From Fidelibacterota bacterium (GTDB taxonomy: Bacteria; Fidelibacterota; UBA8477; JABMPR01): DNA of 64,000 bases. Shown piece by piece: positions 43,313 to 53,929 of this stretch (its first letter is position 1; every line of letters starts with the position of its first letter). The stretch lies in NCBI GenBank assembly GCA_018650795.1, contig JABIFG010000141.1, forward strand, positions 12,902 to 76,901. Direction: 5' to 3'. The notes beneath the pieces were generated by a model, which was given only the letters and a program-made list of their open reading frames with translations, searched no databases and was not told where the DNA came from. Made by a program: the position numbers and the translations under genes.

Positions 43313-43513
43313 TTGTACGTAATGTTTATCCTGATGGCTTTTAGTCTGACGGTATCTTTGATTTTTTTGGGTGCCTATGTCTGGTCGGTCAAGTCCGGAC
43401 AGTTTGATGACAAATATACCCCATCAGTGAGAATGTTATTCGAAGATAAAAAAGTATCAAAGAAAACGGAACCCGGTACTATTTCGGGAGATAAAAACGA
43501 GGAGAATAAATAA
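43313..43513 (+). CDS. ccoS: cbb3-type cytochrome oxidase maturation protein CcoS/FixS
   Basis: 66 aa with a single TM followed by WSVKSGQFDD, the CcoS signature. Confidence 0.85.
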   Translation: MYVMFILMAFSLTVSLIFLGAYVWSVKSGQFDDKYTPSVRMLFEDKKVSKKTEPGTISGDKNEENK

Positions 43514-45630
43514 TGGAGATGGAAAAATTTCAGTACGACAATAAAATCGTGCGAATGTTTTTCTGGGCCACCGTTATATGGGGTGTCACAGCCTTTCTGG
43601 TTGGACTTACTATAGCGCTTCAACTGCCATCACCCTGGTGGAATTTTAGCACATCATGGCTAACTTTTGGTCGCCTGCGTCCCCTGCATACCAACGCAGC
43701 TATTTTTGCGTTTGTCGGCAATGGCATATTCATGGGATATTACTATTCAGCTCAAAGATTGCTTAAAGCCCGAAATTTTTCCGATGTGCTCAGTAAAGTG
43801 CATTTCTGGGGGTGGCAGGGTATCATTGTCTCAGCAGTGTTGACTCTGCCTGCCGGTTTATCCACCGCCAAGGAATATGCAGAGCTGGAATGGCCCATTG
43901 ATATCGCCATCGCCCTGATCTGGGTTGCCTGGGGTGTCAACATGATGGGGACCATCCTTAAACGCCGCGAAAAGCACCTCTATGTAGCGATCTGGTTTTA
44001 TATCGCCACCTTTGTCACGGTTGCCATGCTCCATATTGTGAATTCTCTGGAGATGCCAGTGAGTTTCATGAAGAGTTATCCAATTTATGCCGGTGTACAG
44101 GATGCTCTGGTTCAATGGTGGTACGGTCACAATGCTGTCGCCTTCTTCCTGACCACACCTTATCTGGGTTTGATGTACTACTTCATGCCAAAAGCCGCCC
44201 AGAGACCGGTCTACTCCTATAGACTGTCTATCATTCACTTCTGGGCTCTCATCTTTCTGTATATCTGGGCTGGTCCTCACCATTTGCTCTATTCCTCAAC
44301 ACCCGATTGGGCACAAACACTGGGAACTGTATTCTCTATCATGCTGATTGCTCCTTCATGGGGTGGTATGCTCAATGGTTTGCTCACACTACGAGGTGCC
44401 TGGGACCGAGTTCGTCAGGATCCCATCCTGAAATTTATGGTTGTGGCCATTTCCGCTTATGGAATGTCCACCTTTGAAGGTCCCATGATGTCATTGAAAA
44501 ACTATAATGCCATCACGCACTTTACAGATTATACGATTGCCCATGTCCACGTTGGCACTTTGGGATGGAACGGTCTGTTAACTTTTGGTATGCTGTATTG
44601 GCTGGCACCACGCCTATGGAATGCAAAGCTTTATTCAGTTAAACTGGCCAATGTTCACTTCTGGTTAGCTACGCTTGGAATCATTTTCTATGTCATTCCC
44701 ATGTACTGGACTGGTATTACCCAGGCCTTAATCTGGAAACAGTTCACACCTGAGGGCTTGCTCGTCTATCCAAACTTTCTGGAAACCGTATTACAGCTGG
44801 TCCCCATGTACTGGACACGAGCCTTTGGTGGAACGCTTTATCTGACGGGTTCCTTGATTATGGTTTATAACCTGGTCAAAACTGCCCGCTCTGGTGCTCC
44901 AATTCCTGATCAGGAAATGGAAGCTGCTCCCTTGAAGCCCATCGTGGCCGAACCAGGTGAACACAAACACCGCTGGCTTGAAGCCCGACCCATGTACTTC
45001 CTGGCCTTGGCTTTGGTTGCCGTGGCTATTGGTGGTATTGTAGAATTTGTGCCCATGTTTGTTGTGAAGTCCAATATTCCAACCATCAGCACGGTCACAC
45101 CTTATTCACCCCTGGAGCTTGAGGGTAGAGATATTTACATCAAGGAAGGTTGTTCTAACTGCCACTCACAGATGATTCGTCCATTCAGAAGCGAAACCGA
45201 ACGCTATGGTGAGTACTCGAAAGCCGGTGAGTTTGTTTATGATCATCCATTCCTGTGGGGTTCCAAACGAACGGGACCAGATCTCCATCGTGAAGGTGTT
45301 GGCAAGTTGAAAAAACCGGATGCCTGGCATTATAATCACATGGACAATCCTCGCTCAATGAGTCCTGGTTCTATTATGCCGGTCTATCCCTGGTTGCTGG
45401 AGAGATCCAATGATTATGATGATCTTCCCAAGAAAATCAGTGTCATGAGAACCTTAGGTGTTCCATATGCAGAAGGATACGAAGATCAGGCCCTGGAAGA
45501 CCTTAAGCAACAGGCTGACGGAATTGTGGCCAATCTTAAGGAATCAGGCATTGAAACGTCCTGGGATAAAGAGATTATCGCTCTTATCGCATATCTGCAG
45601 AAGCTTGGAACAGGAATTCTTCCCAAATAG
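43513..45630 (+). CDS. ccoNO: cbb3-type cytochrome c oxidase, fused subunits I and II (CcoN-CcoO)
   Basis: 705 aa. The N-terminal ~470 aa is a polytopic heme-copper oxidase (HTNAAIF, WWYGHNAVAFF, HHLLY, HVHVGTLGW). The C-terminal part has a TM helix and a heme-c site CSNCHSQMIRP, which is CcoO-like. Confidence 0.95.
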   Translation: MEMEKFQYDNKIVRMFFWATVIWGVTAFLVGLTIALQLPSPWWNFSTSWLTFGRLRPLHTNAAIFAFVGNGIFMGYYYSAQRLLKARNFSDVLSKVHFWGWQGIIVSAVLTLPAGLSTAKEYAELEWPIDIAIALIWVAWGVNMMGTILKRREKHLYVAIWFYIATFVTVAMLHIVNSLEMPVSFMKSYPIYAGVQDALVQWWYGHNAVAFFLTTPYLGLMYYFMPKAAQRPVYSYRLSIIHFWALIFLYIWAGPHHLLYSSTPDWAQTLGTVFSIMLIAPSWGGMLNGLLTLRGAWDRVRQDPILKFMVVAISAYGMSTFEGPMMSLKNYNAITHFTDYTIAHVHVGTLGWNGLLTFGMLYWLAPRLWNAKLYSVKLANVHFWLATLGIIFYVIPMYWTGITQALIWKQFTPEGLLVYPNFLETVLQLVPMYWTRAFGGTLYLTGSLIMVYNLVKTARSGAPIPDQEMEAAPLKPIVAEPGEHKHRWLEARPMYFLALALVAVAIGGIVEFVPMFVVKSNIPTISTVTPYSPLELEGRDIYIKEGCSNCHSQMIRPFRSETERYGEYSKAGEFVYDHPFLWGSKRTGPDLHREGVGKLKKPDAWHYNHMDNPRSMSPGSIMPVYPWLLERSNDYDDLPKKISVMRTLGVPYAEGYEDQALEDLKQQADGIVANLKESGIETSWDKEIIALIAYLQKLGTGILPK

Positions 45631-45647
45631 GGAAGAATATATATCGT

Positions 45648-45836
45648 ATGTTAAGTCGCATTTATCCAGGAGCAGAAGGCCTTCAGTTTTTTCAAGGACT
45701 TTCTCTCGTCCTGTTCTTTCTCGTCTTTGTGGGAGCGATCGTTATGATCGTCACCATGCAGAAGGGGCACATTGATAAAATGAGCAACTTGCCCCTCGAG
45801 AGCGGGGATGATCAAAATAATGGAGGCCTTTTATAA
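45648..45836 (+). CDS. ccoQ: CcoQ/FixQ-like small membrane subunit
   Basis: 62 aa with a single TM (LSLVLFFLVFVGAIVMIV), positioned between ccoNO and ccoP. Confidence 0.65.
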   Translation: MLSRIYPGAEGLQFFQGLSLVLFFLVFVGAIVMIVTMQKGHIDKMSNLPLESGDDQNNGGLL

Positions 45837-46627
45837 TGGGCAAAGTCACAAACGAACTCATTGATCACGATTATGATGGAATTCAGGAGTATGACAACGA
45901 CCTTCCAGGTTGGTGGAAAGCTCTATTCATAATCACAATCGTCATAGCAATTATATATGTACCATATTATCACCTCTTTGGTGATTTACAGGACACAGAA
46001 TATCAAAAGGAAATGGGCACTTATGTAGAAGCTGGCGCAGGTCGCGGTGCTTTTGCTGCCTATGCATCCCCATGGGTCAGCGATGGAGAAATCACGCCTG
46101 CCTTACGGGCAGAAATGGATAAAATCCTGGATGCTCCCTTTGATGAACAATTGATGCGGGCCATGGCTAAAGCAGATACTGACCAATTGGCCAAACTGAA
46201 AGCAGCATTTCCTGACCTCATCGCGGCTTACGGAAGTGGCGTTTCAGCTGCACCAGCTTCTGAACCCGTAGAAACCAAAGAAGTCGCTGCGGTAGCACCT
46301 GCTGTTGAAATGGTAGCCCTCACTGATGAAGCCAGCCTGACTGCAGGGAAAAAGATATGGGACACCCAGTGTTTTACCTGTCACCTCAATGATGGTGGAG
46401 GAAGTATTGGTCCAAATATGACCGATGATTACTGGATTCATGGTGGTGATATGGCTTCAGTTGTCCACCTCATTAAAGTGGGTGTACCAACCAAGGGCAT
46501 GATCCCCTGGGAAGCCACCCTCACACCAGATCAGATTGATCAAGTCGCCAGCTACATTTTAGTGGAGCTGGTCGGAACGACCCCGGCGACTCCCAAGGCT
46601 CCCCAGGGAGAATTGGAAAAGGGTTAG
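45836..46627 (+). CDS. ccoP: cbb3-type cytochrome c oxidase subunit III (CcoP), monoheme form
   Basis: FixP_N motif DHDYDGIQEYDNDLPGWW followed by a TM helix. There is a single CxxCH site (CFTCH), with a downstream Met ligand region GMIPW. Confidence 0.9.
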   Translation: MGKVTNELIDHDYDGIQEYDNDLPGWWKALFIITIVIAIIYVPYYHLFGDLQDTEYQKEMGTYVEAGAGRGAFAAYASPWVSDGEITPALRAEMDKILDAPFDEQLMRAMAKADTDQLAKLKAAFPDLIAAYGSGVSAAPASEPVETKEVAAVAPAVEMVALTDEASLTAGKKIWDTQCFTCHLNDGGGSIGPNMTDDYWIHGGDMASVVHLIKVGVPTKGMIPWEATLTPDQIDQVASYILVELVGTTPATPKAPQGELEKG

Positions 46628-46656
46628 TCCTTAAGGAAGATAATGTTTGAGAAAGC

Positions 46657-46686
46657 AGCTCACGCAATGCGTGAGTTACTTTTGCC
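46657..46686 (+). terminator. hairpin / weak intrinsic terminator after ccoP
   Basis: CTCACGC-AAT-GCGTGAG (46659-46675) followed by TTACTTTTG. Confidence 0.45.
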
Positions 46687-46728
46687 TTATTAGTTTGTAG
46701 TAAACAAATACTTGGAGATGGCAGGTAT

Positions 46729-48144
46729 ATGGCTCAGCCGGACAGAAATCTGACAAACATTGATGCACCGTCAGCATATAGAGATAGAATTGCTTCCATT
46801 GATGAGGACGGTAAACGAAAATGGGTTTTCCCCCGTAAACCCTCCGGTCGTTTTTACAATGCCAGAACCTGGTTCTCGTATCTGCTTCTGGCGATCATGT
46901 TTAGCGGCCCGTTCATAACCATCAATAGTCGACCTTTTCTCCTCCTCAATATTATAGAACGCAAATTTATCATTCTGGGTATGGCTTTCTGGCCCCAGGA
47001 CAGTTTTATATTTGTACTGGCCACGCTGACTTTTGTGGTGGGCATCCTCCTGTTTACAGTCATCTATGGTCGCCTTTTTTGTGGATGGGCTTGTCCACAA
47101 ACCATCTTCATGGAAATGGTCTTTCGTAAAATCGAATATCTCATCGATGGTAATGCCAACAAGCAGCGCAAGCTCAAAGCTCAAGCCTGGAATGCTGAAA
47201 AGGTTTTCAAGCGAGTCCTGAAGCATGCTATTTTTTGGGTTCTGTCCTTTATCATTGGTAATACATTTCTGGCCTACATAATTGGCAAGGATGAACTCTT
47301 CCAGATAATTACTGCGCCGGTTTCAGAACATGTTGGTGGTTTTACCATTATGGTGCTTTTTACCACCATGTTTTATTATGTTTATGCCTTTTTTCGTGAA
47401 CAGATTTGTACACAAATCTGTCCTTATGGTCGTCTTCAATCCGTCCTTCTTGATGATAAATCTATTGTGGTAGCTTATGATTTCAACCGTGGAGAGCAGC
47501 GTGGTAAACCCAAAAAGAACAGCATCGAAGAGCTGGGTGATTGCATCGATTGCAACCAGTGTGTTGAAGTGTGCCCCACGGGTATTGACATTCGGAATGG
47601 CACTCAATTAGAGTGTGTTAATTGTACGGCCTGTATTGACGCCTGTGACAACGTAATGGATAAGGTTAAGAAGCCACGCGGCTTGATTCGTTATGATTCA
47701 TTTAATGGGATTCGTACAGGTGAAACATTTGGTCTGAATTTTCGAAATATAGGCTATTCCGCCATTTTGATTGCCCTCATATTTTTCTTTTTCCTCCTGT
47801 TGGTGAGTCGTTCGGATGTTGAATCGACCATATTACGTTCATATGGTACCATGTATCAAGAGGTTGGCCAAAACCATTTCACCAATTTATATACGGTTAA
47901 AGTTCTCAATAAAACATTTAATGATCTTCCTCTTCGTCTTGAATTGCTGGAACCTGAAGGTACCCTGACCATGGTGGGTGGAGCTATAAAGGTTAGCGGT
48001 CAGGATAAATCAGAGGGTGCCTTTTTTGTGGATTTGTCAGGTGATATACTAGATGGCACAGAAACCAAATTAAAGATCGCTGTTCATAGTGGTGATCGCT
48101 TGCTAGAAACTGTAAAAACTTCATTTATGGGACCAAGGAAATAA
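46729..48144 (+). CDS. ccoG: cytochrome c oxidase accessory protein CcoG/FixG (4Fe-4S ferredoxin membrane protein)
   Basis: CGWACPQT, CPYGRLQ, CIDCNQCVEVCPTGIDIR and CVNCTACIDACD, with a C-terminal Ig-like domain. Confidence 0.93.
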   Translation: MAQPDRNLTNIDAPSAYRDRIASIDEDGKRKWVFPRKPSGRFYNARTWFSYLLLAIMFSGPFITINSRPFLLLNIIERKFIILGMAFWPQDSFIFVLATLTFVVGILLFTVIYGRLFCGWACPQTIFMEMVFRKIEYLIDGNANKQRKLKAQAWNAEKVFKRVLKHAIFWVLSFIIGNTFLAYIIGKDELFQIITAPVSEHVGGFTIMVLFTTMFYYVYAFFREQICTQICPYGRLQSVLLDDKSIVVAYDFNRGEQRGKPKKNSIEELGDCIDCNQCVEVCPTGIDIRNGTQLECVNCTACIDACDNVMDKVKKPRGLIRYDSFNGIRTGETFGLNFRNIGYSAILIALIFFFFLLLVSRSDVESTILRSYGTMYQEVGQNHFTNLYTVKVLNKTFNDLPLRLELLEPEGTLTMVGGAIKVSGQDKSEGAFFVDLSGDILDGTETKLKIAVHSGDRLLETVKTSFMGPRK

Positions 48145-48611
48145 TGAGCGAACAAACTCAAGAAGGTAGGCTGTGGATGTGGGGTTTGGTGGCCACAATT
48201 GGTGCCTCCATTGCATTCTTTGTAGGTTTCGCCATTTGGACTTTTCAAGATGATGTGGAACTGGTATATGATAATTATTACGAAAAAGATGTAGTTTTTG
48301 AACAGCAGATAAAAAGGGTGGCCAGGACAGAGGCACTCCCCATTAAGCCGGTACTGCGTTATAACCAAAACACCCAGGTTCTAAATGTGAAATTTCCATT
48401 GGCTCTGGGGCATGTTCCTACCAAAGGAGATGTACTGCTCTTTCGTCCAGCTGATCTACATGAGGATCGATTGTTTCGCCTGGCATTGGTGGGTGATAGC
48501 CTCCAGGTCATCGCGCTCCCGGATATGGTTTCCGGGCTATGGAGAATCAAATTGAACTGGTCCAGCGGTGGGGAAGAGTATTATCTGGAAAAAGCTCTGG
48601 TGGTAAACTGA
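48144..48611 (+). CDS. FixH/CcoH family protein
   Basis: 155 aa with ATGA coupling to ccoG. One TM helix (LWMWGLVATIGASIAFFVGFAIW) followed by YDNYYEKDVVFEQQI, a FixH-type sequence. Confidence 0.75.
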   Translation: MSEQTQEGRLWMWGLVATIGASIAFFVGFAIWTFQDDVELVYDNYYEKDVVFEQQIKRVARTEALPIKPVLRYNQNTQVLNVKFPLALGHVPTKGDVLLFRPADLHEDRLFRLALVGDSLQVIALPDMVSGLWRIKLNWSSGGEEYYLEKALVVN

Positions 48612-48706
48612 TCAAGAGCAGCCCACCACTGATTGTCTCCAACAAATAACCCTTGCTGAACATGTGGCTCAAGTTAATTTTTTCCAATTGGTTTAGGAGA
48701 GATACT

Positions 48707-49759
48707 ATGGGGCTGAAACGCGGACTCATTCTTGCAATTCTTGGTATATTTATTCTGACTGCTTGCAGTGAGGATCCTGACATACTCTACGCAAAGGCCG
48801 AAACCGAGGCAGCTCTCGGTTCTCGACAAAAAGCCCTGAATTATCTTATGGAAATTCAACAATCCAATCCGGATTATACAGAAGCATATTTATTTGCTGC
48901 GCGTCTGTTTTTTGAGGATAATAATCTTACAGATGCTGTGAATCAGTGTAAGCGTGGCCTGGATGCAAAGGCCGACTCAGCCCAGATTCTGAGATACATT
49001 GGTGAGATATATCATTTGAGCGGAAGTTTAGAGAATGCCTACCAATACTATCGCATGGCTGTTCAGGCTAATGCCAATGATGTTGATGCCCAGATAAGCA
49101 TGGGATACATACTCAACGATAAAGATTTATATGAACAAGCTCTGGGACATTTTGATACAGCCCTGGATCTTGATTCAGCCAATTATCAGGCAACCGTAGG
49201 TAAGGCCAAAACCCTGAAAAATTCAGGCAAGATCGCTGCTTCAATTGAACTGTTGGAAGAAGCTGTCAAGAGTGAACCCATGGAAGGTGCTGCCTACGGC
49301 ACATTGGCTATGGCCCAAGAAGAAACAGCGACCGAGGACAAGGATATTCTTGAGAACTATGCTCTTGCCGTCAAGTTGTCCCCCAGGAATAAATCTGTCT
49401 GGGATGCCTATGTTGATTTTATGATGGATGCTCAGGATCAAAAGCAGGCTGTCAAGGTATTGCAAAACTACCTTTATCATTTCCCTCAGGTCATTGAAGG
49501 CAGACACCGTCTGGCAGAACTATACATTGATTTAGCCCGGGCGGAAAGTCTCTCCTGGCTGGATGCTGCGCGACAACAGTGTGACCAGGCTTTAATTACC
49601 GATGGGGATGATCATTACAGCCACGCTCTGTTAGCCAAAATTTATCTACTCCAGGAAAAACCAAGACTAGCGCTTCTTGAAGCACAATTAGCATTTGAGA
49701 TTAATCCAAATACTGAATATCGGGAATTGGTGGATCAGGCCAAGTTTTACACAAACTGA
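48707..49759 (+). CDS. tetratricopeptide-repeat lipoprotein
   Basis: The ATG at 48707 follows AGGAGAG and gives MGLKRGLILAILGIFILTAC, a lipobox. Contains multiple TPR-like A..Y...G....A...Y..AL units. Confidence 0.7.
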   Translation: MGLKRGLILAILGIFILTACSEDPDILYAKAETEAALGSRQKALNYLMEIQQSNPDYTEAYLFAARLFFEDNNLTDAVNQCKRGLDAKADSAQILRYIGEIYHLSGSLENAYQYYRMAVQANANDVDAQISMGYILNDKDLYEQALGHFDTALDLDSANYQATVGKAKTLKNSGKIAASIELLEEAVKSEPMEGAAYGTLAMAQEETATEDKDILENYALAVKLSPRNKSVWDAYVDFMMDAQDQKQAVKVLQNYLYHFPQVIEGRHRLAELYIDLARAESLSWLDAARQQCDQALITDGDDHYSHALLAKIYLLQEKPRLALLEAQLAFEINPNTEYRELVDQAKFYTN

Positions 49760-49899
49760 TATACCACCTTAAAAGCTTATCCCCTGTCGGAACAGACATT
49801 TGGATTCTCGTTCCAAAGTCATCTAATTCAGCACGTTTCGGATGACTATTTAATTCCCCATTGGGGCGCAAACCGGGATAAAAAGTACAGGAAATAGAC

Positions 49900-51033
49900 A
49901 TGCGGAAAAAAGTTGTCGTATTGGGTGCAGGCATGGTGGGAAGAGCCATGGCTATCGATTTGAGCAAGCAAAATGACGTGCTGTCAGTTGACAGGGATGC
50001 AGGTGCGCTAGCCCTCCTGGCAAGCCATTCTAGCCTGGTCACCAAACAAGCCGACCTGGGTGATGCTGCATCTGTCACAGGGGTGATTGCCGATGCAGAT
50101 ATCGTGGTGGGAGCGGTACCTGGTTTTATGGGGTTCAAAACACTGGAAACCGTTATTGCTGCTGGGAAGAATATCGTAGATATCTCATTTTTCTCAGAAA
50201 ACCCCTTTGAACTGGATGCCCTGGCAAAAGCTCAAGGAGTGATTGCTGTCATGGACGCAGGAGTTGCCCCTGGAATGAGTAATATAATTTTGGGCTCTTA
50301 TCAAAATGAGATGAAGGTCACAGACTACATCTGTTATGTCGGTGGATTACCAAGAGAGCGAATCTGGCCCTACGAGTATAAAGCGCCTTTTTCACCCATT
50401 GATGTCATTGCAGAATATACTCGACCCTCCCGTATTGTTGAAAACAGTGAATTGGTTCAGAGGGTCGCCCTTTCAGAACCTGAACTGATTGATTTCCCAG
50501 GCGTCGGAACCCTGGAAGCATTCAATACGGATGGATTGAGGAGCTTGGTTCACACGATGAAAATCCCCAATATGATAGAAAAGACCCTACGCTATCCAGG
50601 ACATATTGAGCTCATGCGCGTGCTCCGCGAAACCGGCTTTTTTGGAGAGCAACATGTCCAGATTGGTGATCAGAGCATTAGGCCAATTGATTTGACTACC
50701 TCGCTACTTTTCCCCAAATGGAAGCTCGGGGAAGAGGAAGAAGAATTCACAGTTATGAATATCCTGGTTGAAGGTCTGAAGGCAGGTAAAAACTTTAAGC
50801 ATAAGTATGAATTGCTTGATCGCTATGACCCCACAACAAAGACATCTTCCATGGCCAGAACCACAGGATACACCTGTACCGCAATCACCCAGCTTGTTTT
50901 GGATGGTCAATATAGTCGCATTGGAATTAGTCCTCCTGAGTATGTTGGTGCAACCCAGGGGTGTCTTGAGACGGTTTTCAATTATCTCGAACAAAGAGGC
51001 GTGATTTATAAGAAAAGCTCAGTAGAGGGCTAA
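49900..51033 (+). CDS. saccharopine dehydrogenase family protein (lysine dehydrogenase-like)
   Basis: MRKKVVVLGAGMVGRAMAIDL is an NAD(P)-binding Rossmann motif. At 377 aa, the length and sequence are typical of Sacchrp_dh N+C architecture. Confidence 0.75.
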   Translation: MRKKVVVLGAGMVGRAMAIDLSKQNDVLSVDRDAGALALLASHSSLVTKQADLGDAASVTGVIADADIVVGAVPGFMGFKTLETVIAAGKNIVDISFFSENPFELDALAKAQGVIAVMDAGVAPGMSNIILGSYQNEMKVTDYICYVGGLPRERIWPYEYKAPFSPIDVIAEYTRPSRIVENSELVQRVALSEPELIDFPGVGTLEAFNTDGLRSLVHTMKIPNMIEKTLRYPGHIELMRVLRETGFFGEQHVQIGDQSIRPIDLTTSLLFPKWKLGEEEEEFTVMNILVEGLKAGKNFKHKYELLDRYDPTTKTSSMARTTGYTCTAITQLVLDGQYSRIGISPPEYVGATQGCLETVFNYLEQRGVIYKKSSVEG

Positions 51034-51042
51034 AGGTCAGTT

Positions 51043-52464
51043 TTGAAACTGTCTAAATCTACAAAAGGTCTGTCTCTTTGGACATTGGTCATGTTGATCT
51101 TTGTCCCCACCTTTGGTTTTAACAATATCACTTCCAATGGAGTAGCGCTTGGTCCTGCTGCTGTCCCATCCTGGTTATTGGTCTGTATTTTCTATTTTTT
51201 GCCCCTCACCGCCATCATTGCTGAGCTGGCATCAGTAAATGAGAATAAGAGTGGTGGAATATACAGTTGGATTGCGACCAGCCTTGGGCATCGCTGGGCT
51301 TTCTTTGGCACTTGGTCCTATTTTATTTCCAATTTGTTCTATCTCCAGTTCGTGTTTGCTCGTATTCCCGTAATGGCCTCATGGGCTTTGTTTGGGGAAA
51401 ACCGTTTCACAGATGCCAATGTGAGCCTGCTGCCCTATTATTCCATTTTATTATGTCTGATACTGACCTGGATTGCCAGTCGCGGTGTGCGTACTTTTTC
51501 CAAATTGAGTAATCTGGGTGGTAAATTGACCTTCGCTGTAACGGGCGGCTTTATTATTTTTGCTTTTCTGGCCTATCTAAAAGGTACCCCCTCAGCAACC
51601 GAATTCTCCGTTGAAAGCATGACACCAGATTTTTCAACCAGCTATTTTGCCACATTCTCCTGGCTCTTGTTGGCCGTTGCTGGAGCTGAAGTTGGTGGTA
51701 CCTATATTCACGAAGTTGAGAAGCCCCTGAAAAATTTCCCCCGCGGTGTTATCATGGCTACGATGCTGGTGGGTGTGGCATATATCCTGGGATCATTCGC
51801 TGTGGGGCTGGTGGCATCTCCAGAAGTATTGGCCGAAGCAGGTTTAAAAGATGCTATTTTTGTGGTCCACAAACTGCTGGCAGAAAGCCTGGGTATCAAT
51901 GGAATATTGGTAGTGCGTTTGTTTGCTTTGATTTTAATGGTGACATCTGTAGCAGCCTACGTTGTCTGGATTGAATCTCCGTTGCGAGCCATGTTTTCAG
52001 AGGTCCCCGCCGGAACCTTCCCGGAAATTTTGACGCGCAAAGATGCTGATGGCGGACTGAGTCATGCCTTATGGGTTCAAGCTGGGGTGGTGATTATCCT
52101 CATTGCAATACCTTTGATTGGCCTGGAATCCATAGATGCGTTTTTCCGACTGGTTACTGATTTGACAGCCTTGAGTCTGGTGATTCCCTATATTATTTTA
52201 ACAGTGGCATATCTGGTTTTTAGAAAGAATAATAATCCCGGACCCTTTACCATGATGCGCTCAAACAAACTGGCGCACTCAGTAGCTCTGGGTACGATTC
52301 TTGTCAGTATTGCCGGATTCTTTGGTGCTGGTATTGATTATTATGTCGATGCAGAAACAGGCTGGGAAGCAGCCAAAGCTATTTTAATGACCTACGGTGG
52401 TCCCATTTTCTTGATTGCCCTGGGTTATGGACTCACACATTTTCGTAAAAGCCCGGTTCGCTAG
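51043..52464 (+). CDS. APC-superfamily amino-acid permease
   Basis: 473 aa with about 12 TM helices and YjeM/GadC-like N-terminal motifs (FGFNNITSNGVALGPAAVPSWLL...AELASV). TTG start, 9 nt after the dehydrogenase stop. Confidence 0.7.
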   Translation: MKLSKSTKGLSLWTLVMLIFVPTFGFNNITSNGVALGPAAVPSWLLVCIFYFLPLTAIIAELASVNENKSGGIYSWIATSLGHRWAFFGTWSYFISNLFYLQFVFARIPVMASWALFGENRFTDANVSLLPYYSILLCLILTWIASRGVRTFSKLSNLGGKLTFAVTGGFIIFAFLAYLKGTPSATEFSVESMTPDFSTSYFATFSWLLLAVAGAEVGGTYIHEVEKPLKNFPRGVIMATMLVGVAYILGSFAVGLVASPEVLAEAGLKDAIFVVHKLLAESLGINGILVVRLFALILMVTSVAAYVVWIESPLRAMFSEVPAGTFPEILTRKDADGGLSHALWVQAGVVIILIAIPLIGLESIDAFFRLVTDLTALSLVIPYIILTVAYLVFRKNNNPGPFTMMRSNKLAHSVALGTILVSIAGFFGAGIDYYVDAETGWEAAKAILMTYGGPIFLIALGYGLTHFRKSPVR

Positions 52465-52506
52465 AGACCCAAAAAGAAGTCAAGGGGGAACGATGAAGGA
52501 GTATAT

Positions 52507-53451
52507 ATGAAAAACATGATATTTGGAACTGGACCACTGGCCTGGTGGGTTATGCAGACCTTGTTGGAGAGGGGTGATACAGTTGCTCTAGCCAGCCGCA
52601 GTGGAAAAATCAATAAGCCCTTACCCGAGAATATTGAAATTCATGCCTGTGATGCAACTCAGCCTGATGAGGTGGCCAAAGCCTGTCAGGAGATGGATGC
52701 AGTCTATTTTTGTGCCATGCCGCCCTATAACAAGTGGCCCGACCTTTTTCCACCCCTGGTAGTTGGCTTTTTAAAAGGTGTTGCCAGAACCAAGGCTAAA
52801 TTGATTTTTGGTGACAATCTCTACTTATATGGATCTACTGAGGGTACACGTATCAACGAAACAGTAGCCCATGATGCTTCAGGCCATAAGGGTCGTACCC
52901 GTGAGTTTGTGGCACGTCAATTTATGATGGCCCATGAGCGGGGAGACAATTTGGTAACCATTGGTCGCGCCTCAGATTTTTATGGTCCCCAGACGACTAA
53001 TGCTGTTTTTGGTGAGATGTTTTTCAAACCCGCCCTGACAGGTAAAACAGCCAATCTTTTGGGGGATTTAGAATTGCCCCATACCTTTAGCTATATCAAA
53101 GATTTTGCCAGAGGCTTGGTAACCCTGGGCAATAATGAATCTGCTTTTGGTGAGGCCTGGCACACACCCAATGCCCCGACAATTTCTACCGCGGAAATGC
53201 TCGGTCTGATTGAGGCGGAGCTGGGTGGTAAAGTTAAGGTACGTGCCGCTGGAAAAACCATGATCTCCATGCTGGGATTATTCAATCCCATGATAAGAGA
53301 AGTTAAGGAGATGATGTACACCTGGGAAGAGCCCTACATAGTGGACCACTCTAAATTTGAAGCTGCTTTTGGAGTTGAAATCACCAGCCATGAAGAGGCC
53401 CTTAAAGAAACTATTGCCTGGTTTAAAAGTTATCGAGAGATCAAAGAGTGA
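52507..53451 (+). CDS. NAD-dependent epimerase/dehydratase family (extended SDR-like) protein
   Basis: 314 aa with an N-terminal IFGTGPLAWWVMQTLLERG dinucleotide-binding fold. Confidence 0.6.
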   Translation: MKNMIFGTGPLAWWVMQTLLERGDTVALASRSGKINKPLPENIEIHACDATQPDEVAKACQEMDAVYFCAMPPYNKWPDLFPPLVVGFLKGVARTKAKLIFGDNLYLYGSTEGTRINETVAHDASGHKGRTREFVARQFMMAHERGDNLVTIGRASDFYGPQTTNAVFGEMFFKPALTGKTANLLGDLELPHTFSYIKDFARGLVTLGNNESAFGEAWHTPNAPTISTAEMLGLIEAELGGKVKVRAAGKTMISMLGLFNPMIREVKEMMYTWEEPYIVDHSKFEAAFGVEITSHEEALKETIAWFKSYREIKE

Positions 53452-53858
53452 AAAAGCTGAGCCAGGATCAGATCCTGAATTTTCTCCTATATGCTGGAGC
53501 TGTTTATTTTCTGCTGGTTGCCATCGTTCATTTTCTGGGAATTAAAATACCTGGTTTTTTCGTTTATTATAATGTGCCATCCCACGCCTATCAGGATAGG
53601 ATTATTTCCTTTCTAACCTTTGGTTGGTCGGGTCTTTTCTTTCTAACAGCCAGGAAAATGGACTCAGATCTCATCAAGCTTATTCTGGTTATTGGGCTTA
53701 TTGCTGTCATAGCACTTGTAGTGAACACAATAATCACTGACTTTCAACAACTGGACCAGTCCCTTAGTGGTGCTGATTATAAATGGATTATCGGTGGGCT
53801 GATGTTCTACTGGTTGGGTCTTGTGGTTCATTCCAGACAGCACTTTTTAAATAAGTAA
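53448..53858 (+). CDS. membrane protein, unknown function
   Basis: 136 aa with four hydrophobic helices. 4-nt overlap with the upstream gene. Confidence 0.4.
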   Translation: MKKLSQDQILNFLLYAGAVYFLLVAIVHFLGIKIPGFFVYYNVPSHAYQDRIISFLTFGWSGLFFLTARKMDSDLIKLILVIGLIAVIALVVNTIITDFQQLDQSLSGADYKWIIGGLMFYWLGLVVHSRQHFLNK

Positions 53859-53929
53859 TGGTTTCAAATTGATCGCACGCCCAGCATATTTTTCTGTGAT
53901 TTATGTGAGTCATAAATGAGGATAAGCCC

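Noticed and set aside
43513-46627. The fused CcoN-CcoO and monoheme CcoP as novelties.
   Set aside because: Both are established features of Bacteroidota-type cbb3 oxidase loci. They are useful as a taxonomic hint but are not new.
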